Shown here piece by piece: positions 56,919 through 64,000 of a stretch of 64,000 nucleotides of DNA. Location of the stretch: NCBI GenBank assembly GCA_016187515.1, contig JACPJN010000007.1:140336-204335 (forward strand). The letters are read 5' to 3'. The stretch is from Candidatus Uhrbacteria bacterium (GTDB lineage Bacteria; Patescibacteriota; Patescibacteriia; GWA2-47-26). A model generated the notes under the pieces. That model made no database searches. It was not told the origin of the DNA and saw only the letters and a program-made list of their open reading frames with translations. The position numbers and the translations under genes were made by a program. The first letter of the stretch is position 1. Each line of letters starts with the position of its first letter.

Positions 56919-57485
56919 CTACCCGGCCTTAATTTCCCAAAACCCTGTTCCAAAGTATTCCGGCGGCAAACGGAACTCGTCACAGACCTTCGAATTGGAA
57001 TTGAACTGCTCGGTAACAAAATAAATCAAACTCATCGGGCGCTCATACGGATTCGCCACGCCATGCGCTACGCCATTGGGAATCCGCACCATCCGCGCGC
57101 GTCCGGCACCCAAAACAAAGCGCATCACTACTCCTTCGGTAGCTGAACCTGAACGAATATCCTTCAAGCCAACCAATAGCCGGTCATGTGAGGGGACGAA
57201 CCAAAAATCAACTTGCTTTTTATGAAGATGAGTTGCTTTTATCGCGCCGGGTAAGACTACAGAGTAATTAATCTGCCGCACTTCCAAACCGGAAGCACCC
57301 TGTAAATGCCCTGCATCAAGCCGACCCATTTCCAAAAATGACCCACCGTCGTCGGCAAACTCCTTCAAATCAATAACCTCGACTCCGCCAATTCGTTGAG
57401 TGGGTGTATAATCTTGTTTTGTTAATTGTGCTTCTATATCGCTATCAAACATATTTGAGATGGTTACGTTTTCATTATACTGCAT
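56919..57485 (-). CDS. RmlC-like cupin (NDP-sugar 3,5-epimerase, EvaD-like)
   Basis: About 188 aa cupin with THLHKKQVDFWFV and conserved His/Lys pattern. Confidence 0.55.
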   Translation of the reverse strand: MQYNENVTISNMFDSDIEAQLTKQDYTPTQRIGGVEVIDLKEFADDGGSFLEMGRLDAGHLQGASGLEVRQINYSVVLPGAIKATHLHKKQVDFWFVPSHDRLLVGLKDIRSGSATEGVVMRFVLGAGRARMVRIPNGVAHGVANPYERPMSLIYFVTEQFNSNSKVCDEFRLPPEYFGTGFWEIKAG

Positions 57486-57509
57486 TTGCTAATTTGCGTC
57501 CATCCTATG

Positions 57510-59204
57510 CTACGCAATTATTTCTTGAAGCGATACGCCCTCCTGTAACGATCGGGTAAGTTTCTTATAAGCGTCGCGCGCATCATCCTCATTGTAGGTC
57601 CTGATACATTGCTGAATTTCCTCACGATTGTATGCGTGGGGAAGGCCAATACTTTTAAGAACACCTAAGCGATCAATGCCCATGCCAAAGGTAATAATTG
57701 GGATGCCGGAAGCGACTGCCTCAAGAATCCCTGTAGTCGCGCCCATAATAACAAGATCACATCCGAAAAAACGGTCCTGTTTATACGCCTCTACAGTATG
57801 CAGCTTAAATTCCATTTCCAGTTCGTCTTGGAGGCGTTGAAATCCTTGATGCTTCGCGTCCATCACCGCCTTGATTGATGAGTGATGAAAAGAAACTAGG
57901 ATATTTTCTCCAGCTACTCCAGCCGTTCTTAATCCGTTATATATTTCTATAAAGTCAACTATCGCGCAGTCTTCCCGGCCCGCCAGGGAAACCCCGTACC
58001 ATTCCGGGATAAAAACAAATACTTTCCACTGCGCGCGGTTGGAAGAAAGTGGACGCAATGGCTGCGACTTATTTTGGAATTGAGGATGGCGGATGGTCAG
58101 CGACGGCCATTTTATTTTTTCAAATTCCTCTTCAGACGAGCAAGACCACGCGAGAACCCGGTCCGGTTGAAATGGAGAGTCAAGCCGTTTTTTCCCAAGA
58201 TAACTCTCCCACACCACGCCATGAGGTAAATAAGCGGTGTCTACTCCCTCTTGCTTTGCCGCGGCGTACAAAAACCGATTAAGGTCATTCTGATCAGTGG
58301 CCCCTACGTAGCATTTCGGCTTCATCACCTTAAATATGTATCTAACACGCTCTACAACCCGATCAAGGATGCGCGCTTTGTAACGATCAAAAAACCGCGT
58401 GAGTATATGATTAATAAGCACGCGCTCGTCAGAAGAAAACAGTGACCAGATTGAATCCTGTATCAGCATTGGTACTCCTGTATCCATGGTATTGTCAAGA
58501 TCAACAAGTGTTTCCGGCTGTGGAATATGTAATATACGCCGGAGTTTCTTTTTTAGCGCGGACAAAAATCCAATTGACCTGGCCAGGCGAAACACTAAAA
58601 AATTCTTTGGCAACTTTGTAAGATTGCCATAAGTCTCAATAAAAACCTTCTGTGGACGAGACAAGCTACTAATTCTCCAACGCAACGCAAAAAACCACCA
58701 CGGATCGTAGGCCCGCGGTATGCCATAAGGCGCCTGACGATATAAAATATTGGTAGTAGTTTGATCAAGTACTCCATTCCCGATCTTGCAAAGTATGTTC
58801 ATTTCTTTGGCCACCGCAACGGTTGCCGCGACCATTTCCACATCCTTATCCGAGGAGATCGTCACGGATGTTGAATTGAACTCGCGCATCATCTTGCGCA
58901 GGCATTCCTTTAACCAGCAGTAACGCGACAGACGCCACTTGACCTGCTGGAGCGCAAGCGGCGCCCATTTCAATCGCGGATTGCTACGAGATTCGTCATG
59001 CAAGCATTGATCAATTTTTTCATGCAGTTCAATATCCATCACCTTACCCTTCTCATTTCCGGGACTAAAATCGCTAAAAAGATAGTTCTCTACACCATCC
59101 CGCTTGAGTCCGTGATATCGAATCGGACACCAGGTTACGATCGCAGTAAATCCATCAAGGGAACAATCCACCTCCCCGCATAAAATAAACAACGCACCGC
59201 TCAT
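57510..59204 (-). CDS. hypothetical protein with GT-B-like C-terminal domain (MurG/GT28_C-like)
   Basis: FFGCDLVIMGATTGILEAVASGIPIITFG resembles the Glyco_tran_28_C motif. Confidence 0.35.
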   Translation of the reverse strand: MSGALFILCGEVDCSLDGFTAIVTWCPIRYHGLKRDGVENYLFSDFSPGNEKGKVMDIELHEKIDQCLHDESRSNPRLKWAPLALQQVKWRLSRYCWLKECLRKMMREFNSTSVTISSDKDVEMVAATVAVAKEMNILCKIGNGVLDQTTTNILYRQAPYGIPRAYDPWWFFALRWRISSLSRPQKVFIETYGNLTKLPKNFLVFRLARSIGFLSALKKKLRRILHIPQPETLVDLDNTMDTGVPMLIQDSIWSLFSSDERVLINHILTRFFDRYKARILDRVVERVRYIFKVMKPKCYVGATDQNDLNRFLYAAAKQEGVDTAYLPHGVVWESYLGKKRLDSPFQPDRVLAWSCSSEEEFEKIKWPSLTIRHPQFQNKSQPLRPLSSNRAQWKVFVFIPEWYGVSLAGREDCAIVDFIEIYNGLRTAGVAGENILVSFHHSSIKAVMDAKHQGFQRLQDELEMEFKLHTVEAYKQDRFFGCDLVIMGATTGILEAVASGIPIITFGMGIDRLGVLKSIGLPHAYNREEIQQCIRTYNEDDARDAYKKLTRSLQEGVSLQEIIA

Positions 59205-60967
59205 AATTGATATATTTGTATCTCTTTATCCTCGTATATTTTTCTTAGCTTCGGATTTTGAATTACTGGATCTTCAGCGCCAAGCGCTTTTTCATTTGGT
59301 CCAAAATACACATAATCTAATTTAAATGGCGGGTTGTTGATGTCCATATCTCTATAGCGCACAATTTTTTCCTCAAACACCTCCGGTGGAACTTCTTGCG
59401 AATTTCCGGCTTGGAAGTAACTGTTTAGTTCTTCGGAATAAAACATATTGTGAAAAAGATAAAGTCCCATTTCGCTATCTTCCGTAAGCAATCCCTTTAA
59501 CTTATGCTCCGGCACATTGTATAGGTGCGCTAGATAGAAAAACCTTTGCCAAATTTCTTCGTTGGGGGCAATAGTATTTAATCCGTAGGGAAGAAACAGT
59601 TTAGTATTGGTATACAATTGAAGATCAAGGTTGGTTACAGGCGATATAACACCCACTACCGTGCCCTTTTTAAAATTATCCTTCATCCAACGATAACTTG
59701 CCGCACCATGTTTTGGCATAAGATGCTGTGCGCGGGTAACTTCCGCCCCCTTAAACGCATCATGCGTTTGTCCGCGCTCCCCCACTTTGACCAAATAATA
59801 CCCCTCCACGGAAAAAAGCAACATAAGAAGCAAAACACCGCTGACAATCCACCACCGCATGGAAATGCGTTTCAAATAGCGCTCATGCACTGCGAGCGCG
59901 ATCACGGCCAGTGCCCCATACAGGAATGGCAATAATGGACGCGCCCAGTGATCAGGTTGGGGTACCACCCCGGTAATCACCTGCAGATTAAGTGTTACAA
60001 AAATAGGCAAAATAAAAGCCAGAAGATAGGCGGTGGTTTGCGTATCGCGTTTTCGCCATAGCCAAGAGAGTAACGCGGATATCACCGCAACGCGCGCATA
60101 AATACCCCAGGTGAAGAAACGCAATCCATGGGATCGCTCAACTCCCACGCGGGTAACTAGATCCTGATATTGCGGCAAATGTGTGAGATCCCAAAAATTC
60201 ATCCAATAGCCGATTGAAACCGCAAGCCCGATGGCAATAATTGAACCGATAATTTTCGCGTCCTTATACGCGCGCGTTAAAATAAACCCCGCTAAAAGAA
60301 AACCAAGTCCGGTATAAAAGGTTACCCACTCATACAGATCCGTAAAAAAAAGCGCTCCGGCAAAAATGCCAGCCAACCCAATCATCAGATTACGCTTCCC
60401 CGTAAACGCAAGATAGGTGAAAATGGCGGCTAAAAGGTAAAATGGCATGGTCAGCTTTGGCCAATCAATGTGGTCAAAAGGAAAACTAAAAATCGGAGGT
60501 ATAATATTGTCCGTGAATTGCCAAAATGGCAACCCTGGCCCAAAAATAAAAAAACAAGCCGCCACCAGCGCAACCAATTTTCTTTTTGTCAATAAACTAA
60601 TAAACCAATAAAATAATAAAAATATCCCGGCTGGAAAAACAAAATCAGAAACCACCATTCCCATTTTCATGGAGCCGAACAATTTTGCAAAATTCCCCAT
60701 GATTATGGGACTGATGATGGACATCCAAGCAGGGCTGGCAACATATTCCGCAACATTAAAATCACCCACCAGCAAATCCCCCTCAAACACCGCTTTTGCC
60801 CGCGGGTAATACGTGGCCGCGGCGTCAAAATCAGATGCAATTGTAATCGGTTCGTACGAATCAAATCCTAACTTATTAATCTGCAAAATGTGGCCCCTAC
60901 CGTAAATCACACTTACCGCTATGGCCAGTACAATCAAAGCCCGATATTTCTTTAGCAACATATACAA
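59201..60967 (-). CDS. large polytopic membrane protein (putative GT-C-like glycosyltransferase)
   Basis: More than 12 TM helices plus C-terminal soluble domain. 4-bp overlap with the upstream gene. Confidence 0.4.
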   Translation of the reverse strand: MYMLLKKYRALIVLAIAVSVIYGRGHILQINKLGFDSYEPITIASDFDAAATYYPRAKAVFEGDLLVGDFNVAEYVASPAWMSIISPIIMGNFAKLFGSMKMGMVVSDFVFPAGIFLLFYWFISLLTKRKLVALVAACFFIFGPGLPFWQFTDNIIPPIFSFPFDHIDWPKLTMPFYLLAAIFTYLAFTGKRNLMIGLAGIFAGALFFTDLYEWVTFYTGLGFLLAGFILTRAYKDAKIIGSIIAIGLAVSIGYWMNFWDLTHLPQYQDLVTRVGVERSHGLRFFTWGIYARVAVISALLSWLWRKRDTQTTAYLLAFILPIFVTLNLQVITGVVPQPDHWARPLLPFLYGALAVIALAVHERYLKRISMRWWIVSGVLLLMLLFSVEGYYLVKVGERGQTHDAFKGAEVTRAQHLMPKHGAASYRWMKDNFKKGTVVGVISPVTNLDLQLYTNTKLFLPYGLNTIAPNEEIWQRFFYLAHLYNVPEHKLKGLLTEDSEMGLYLFHNMFYSEELNSYFQAGNSQEVPPEVFEEKIVRYRDMDINNPPFKLDYVYFGPNEKALGAEDPVIQNPKLRKIYEDKEIQIYQL

Positions 60968-61025
60968 TGATACCTTCTAAAATTAGAGAATAAGTATCTC
61001 AACAGATAGTACAACAAGATCGGGG

Positions 61026-61054
61026 TTGACGCAAGAATGCCCTGCTGGTACGAT
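61026..61054 (+). promoter_or_regulatory. candidate promoter (TTGACG, 17 nt, TACGAT) for gtrA
   Basis: -35 at 61026-61031 and -10 at 61049-61054, 12 nt before the ATG at 61066. Confidence 0.3.
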
Positions 61055-61065
61055 AGAGCTATTCT

Positions 61066-61542
61066 ATGGCTAATGCACGGCATCATCCTTATCTGGAGTA
61101 CCTATTGATCAAACTTCCTTGGTTTGAAAAATTCCCCACCCACTTTATTTTTTTCGCATTTTTCGGAGGGATTGCGACTGCAGTGGATTGGAGCGTATTC
61201 TATGTAACTCATCTGCGGCTTGGCTGGCACTATCTTCAAAGCGTGACCTTGACCTTCATTTTGGGCACACTGATAAGTTTTTCCGGCAATAAGTATCTTA
61301 ATTTCCAAGATTCCTCAAAAAAAATAATCCGTCAATATGTAATATTTGCCTCTTTGGCGGCAGTAGGTCTACTGATCACTTACGGACTGCTTACAATATT
61401 TATTGAGTATCTGCACTTGCACGCGATGGTCGCTCGCGCCATTTCAACCTTCATCGTGCTTTTCTACAACTACTTTTCGCAAAAACACATTACTTTCAAT
61501 AAACGATTCACTCATAACCCCTCCCCCCTCCCCTTACCTTAA
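61066..61542 (+). CDS. gtrA: GtrA-family membrane protein (polyprenol-linked sugar translocase-like)
   Basis: 4 TM helices with GtrA-like pattern. C-terminal PSPLPLP tail and stop come from a palindromic element. Confidence 0.6.
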   Translation: MANARHHPYLEYLLIKLPWFEKFPTHFIFFAFFGGIATAVDWSVFYVTHLRLGWHYLQSVTLTFILGTLISFSGNKYLNFQDSSKKIIRQYVIFASLAAVGLLITYGLLTIFIEYLHLHAMVARAISTFIVLFYNYFSQKHITFNKRFTHNPSPLPLP

Positions 61543-61550
61543 GGGGAGGA
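61517..61550. repeat. CTCCCC-GGGGAG palindromic element copy j (CCTCCCCTTA CCT TAAGGGGAGG), supplies the last codons and stop of gtrA
   Basis: Perfect 10-bp arms. Confidence 0.6.
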
Positions 61551-61562
61551 GAATGATGGAGT

Positions 61563-62504
61563 ATGTCTACCATATCTTTGGTCCTGCCGGTCTACAACGA
61601 GGAAGAAAACTTGCCCAAACTTTTTGCTGAACTACAGAAATTGATTGCTAAACTTCCAAACGAAGAGGTGGAGCTGATTTTTGTTGATGATGGAAGCCAC
61701 GACCGATCGTATGAAATCCTAACGGGATTTGCACAACAATATCCATTTGTAAAAACAGTCAGCTTTTCTAGAAATTTTGGTCATCAAATTGCTTTTACTG
61801 CCGGCATTGATCATGCAACAGGAGACGCGGTAATTGTCCTGGACTCTGACCTGCAAGATCCGCCGGAAGTTGCGCTCCAGATGATTGAACAATGGCGCGG
61901 CGGTGCAGCGGTAATCTATGCCAAACGCCGCAAACGTCCGGAAGATGAGAGTTGGCTTAAAAAAACCACCGCGCATTGGTATTACCGGATCCTTAATCGC
62001 CTTTCCGATATTCCGATTCCAACCGATACCGGGGATTTCCGATTGATGGATAGAAAAGTAGTGGAGGAACTGAAACGCTGTCGGGAGCACAGTCGCTACA
62101 TGCGCGGTCTTACCTCTTTTGTAGGATTTCCGCAGACAGCCATATTCTATGATCGTCATGAGCGGTTCGCCGGGAAACCAAAATATAAATTATTCAAGCA
62201 ATCATTGAAACTGGCCCTTGACGGCTTAACTGGATTTTCTGCAAAACCACTACGACTGATCTCTTATATTGGATTTGTTACCGCATTGCTAAGTTTCTTG
62301 GGTATCATATATGCAATTTTTATGAAAATATTTTTCCCCGAGATTACCGTATCTGGTTTTACCTTAACCATCATTGCAATATTTTTCATTGGAGGCATGC
62401 AAATGCTTATCTTGGGGATCATCGGCGAGTATATCGGCCGTATTTATATCGAAGCGCAAAATCGCCCGCTCTACATTGTAAAGCATAAAATGAATTTGGA
62501 TTAA
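61563..62504 (+). CDS. gtrB: GT2 polyprenol-phosphate glycosyltransferase (GtrB/DPM1-like)
   Basis: LVLPVYNEE, FVDDGSHD and LDSDLQDPPE motifs, plus two C-terminal TM helices. Confidence 0.8.
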   Translation: MSTISLVLPVYNEEENLPKLFAELQKLIAKLPNEEVELIFVDDGSHDRSYEILTGFAQQYPFVKTVSFSRNFGHQIAFTAGIDHATGDAVIVLDSDLQDPPEVALQMIEQWRGGAAVIYAKRRKRPEDESWLKKTTAHWYYRILNRLSDIPIPTDTGDFRLMDRKVVEELKRCREHSRYMRGLTSFVGFPQTAIFYDRHERFAGKPKYKLFKQSLKLALDGLTGFSAKPLRLISYIGFVTALLSFLGIIYAIFMKIFFPEITVSGFTLTIIAIFFIGGMQMLILGIIGEYIGRIYIEAQNRPLYIVKHKMNLD

Positions 62505-62516
62505 ATCCTGCCGCTT

Positions 62517-63836
62517 ATGCCTAAACGGATTGCCGTAATTGGCGGCGGATTTACCGGGCTGGTTGCCGCCTATGAGCTTGGGAAGCGCGGTTGCCAGGTT
62601 GCGCTTTTTGAGCGCGGCGATTATCTTGGGGGCTTGGCCAGCGGCTTTGCTATTGAAGACCATCCGCTGGAAAAGGCCTATCATCATCTGTTTACCACGG
62701 ATTCCGCCATGCTTGCGCTGGTCCATGAGCTGGGGCTGGACTTTGAGCTGATCATGTGCGCTGATTCCAAAGCGCTCTACCATGCCGGACGCCTGTATCC
62801 CTTTACTACCCCTTTTGACCTATTGCATTTTACGCCGCTTTCTTTTTTTAACCGCCTGCGCTTCGGATTTGTAACCTTGTATCTTACCCATGCGCCGAAT
62901 TGGCAGCGTTTTATTCCCATCCCGGCCGCCGCATGGCTTAAAAAATGGTATGGCGCGCAGGCCTATGCGATCGTCTGGGAACCACTCTTAAAAGGAAAAT
63001 TTCACAATCACTATACGGATGTTTCCATGGCTTGGCTTTGGGCGCGGATTAACTCCCGCGGAAATTCAAAAGACCAGGGAAGGGAACGCGTAATCTATTT
63101 CAGGCATGGCTTTGCCGTCGTCGTGAAAGCGCTTACGCGCAAACTCAAAGAGCTTGGCGTAGACATTAAATACCAAACGCAAATTACCGCGGTTACTTCG
63201 TCAACCGTGCCGACAATCACATTTACGGACGGTACAAGCGAATCATTTGACCGGATTATCTGCACTACCCCAAGCCATGTGTTTGCTCGCCTTATTGAAA
63301 CCGATGCGCATGCATCGGAGGAATATCTTGCGCAGTTAAACAGCATTAACTATCTTGGAGCAGTGCTCATTATATTTTCCTCATCCCAATCATTAAGTAA
63401 ATACTTTTGGCACAATCTTAATGACCCGGCCTCTCCCTTTCTGGTATTTTTACAGCATACCAATCTGGTGGACCCGGCCTGGTACAACGGCAAGCATATT
63501 TATTATCTGGGCGCGTATTTGTCCCATGAGCATGCGTTTTTCCGCAATAGTGACCAAGAAGTGGCAAGCGAAGGATTTGACTATATTAAAAAACTCTTTC
63601 CTTCTTTTAAAAAAGAAGCGGTGCGGCAGATGCAGGTGTTCCGTTTTCCCAATGCCCAGCACATTGTAGATACAGATTATACAAAAAAAATACCGGACTA
63701 TAAGACCCCGCTTCCCGGAATCTATCTCGCTAACTTTTCCCAAATTTTCCCGGAAGACCGCGGCACCAATTTTGCGGTGCGGGAAGGCATAAAAATCGCC
63801 AAACTCGTCTGCGCTGATCTACGGCCTCTTCTTTAG
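62517..63836 (+). CDS. FAD/NAD(P)-binding oxidoreductase (amine oxidase / protoporphyrinogen-oxidase-like)
   Basis: IAVIGGGFTGLVAAYEL (GxGxxG) motif. Confidence 0.65.
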   Translation: MPKRIAVIGGGFTGLVAAYELGKRGCQVALFERGDYLGGLASGFAIEDHPLEKAYHHLFTTDSAMLALVHELGLDFELIMCADSKALYHAGRLYPFTTPFDLLHFTPLSFFNRLRFGFVTLYLTHAPNWQRFIPIPAAAWLKKWYGAQAYAIVWEPLLKGKFHNHYTDVSMAWLWARINSRGNSKDQGRERVIYFRHGFAVVVKALTRKLKELGVDIKYQTQITAVTSSTVPTITFTDGTSESFDRIICTTPSHVFARLIETDAHASEEYLAQLNSINYLGAVLIIFSSSQSLSKYFWHNLNDPASPFLVFLQHTNLVDPAWYNGKHIYYLGAYLSHEHAFFRNSDQEVASEGFDYIKKLFPSFKKEAVRQMQVFRFPNAQHIVDTDYTKKIPDYKTPLPGIYLANFSQIFPEDRGTNFAVREGIKIAKLVCADLRPLL

Positions 63837-64000
63837 TATACTTCTCCTGTTTTATACCCTTCCATTCGGACTGCCCAAAATTACCTGACTCTTAATATTC
63901 CCCCACGTCCAGCGTGCCGCATAGCGCTCTTCATATGACGCGGTGCTCGCGATCATTTTCCGAAAATTTCTATACATCGCTTCTTTTCCGCGCGCATCGG

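Noticed and set aside
63837-64000. Likely 3' end of a minus-strand gene entering from beyond the window (..MYRNFRKMIASTASYEERYAARWTWGNIK..).
   Set aside because: Truncated by the window edge. Function not assignable.
1-64000. Scanned for CRISPR arrays, transposase/integrase genes, tRNA or rRNA.
   Set aside because: No regularly spaced direct repeats with unique spacers. No recognisable transposase or integrase motifs. No tRNA T-arm consensus (GGTTCGAATCC) found.

Overview
This 64-kb window is almost entirely one very large cell-surface glycan (polysaccharide/glycoconjugate) biosynthesis locus. Nearly all genes are on the minus strand from about 5 kb to 51.9 kb, then switch to the plus strand from 52 kb onward. 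I cannot assign the organism from sequence alone. The gene content (split comEC, long NDK, many DUF/GT genes) fits an uncultivated bacterium, possibly CPR-like, but this is uncertain.

Contents, in order:
- ndk (nucleoside diphosphate kinase).
- A roughly 450-bp structured non-coding gap.
- A ComEC competence channel encoded as two genes: a standalone MBL-domain gene (1549-2652) and a membrane-domain gene (3372-4916).
- Between the comEC genes, a wHTH + Cas2-like (PaaX-like) gene bracketed by two near-identical perfect palindromes of 30-32 bp, each carrying TATAAT on both strands.
- Glycan machinery: Wzx-like flippase, Wzy-like polymerase, Wzz-like co-polymerase and a WecA/MraY-type initiating phosphotransferase fused to a CoA-binding domain. 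There are also five GT2 and four GT4 glycosyltransferases, four large GT-C-like membrane proteins and a GtrA/GtrB pair.
- Sugar-nucleotide enzymes: UDP-GlcNAc 2-epimerase, SDR epimerases/dehydratases, FdtA- and RmlC-like cupins, RmlD-like reductase, and a TylC3-like C-methyltransferase. There are also a DegT aminotransferase, an NDP-hexose 2,3-dehydratase, a Gfo/Idh/MocA oxidoreductase, two formyltransferases, an AsnB amidotransferase, SAM methyltransferases, CE4 deacetylases, FemAB/GNAT acyltransferases and a heparinase II/III-like protein.
- A complete 2-aminoethylphosphonate branch: PEP mutase fused to a nucleotidyltransferase, phosphonopyruvate decarboxylase, AEP transaminase, cytidylyltransferase, a methyltransferase, and an AlkP-family candidate transferase.
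- A HepT/MntA toxin-antitoxin pair sits next to a GC-rich 2.7-kb island (HAD hydrolase, hypothetical protein, EEP nuclease/phosphatase).

Most unusual features:
- A family of short CTCCCC...GGGGAG palindromic hairpin elements, at least 10 copies. At least six are inserted in-frame inside enzyme genes, two donate C-terminal residues plus stop codons, and three are intergenic.
- A shared RCGAATTRCGAATC direct-repeat motif upstream of two genes.

No rRNA, tRNA, CRISPR array or transposase was recognised.
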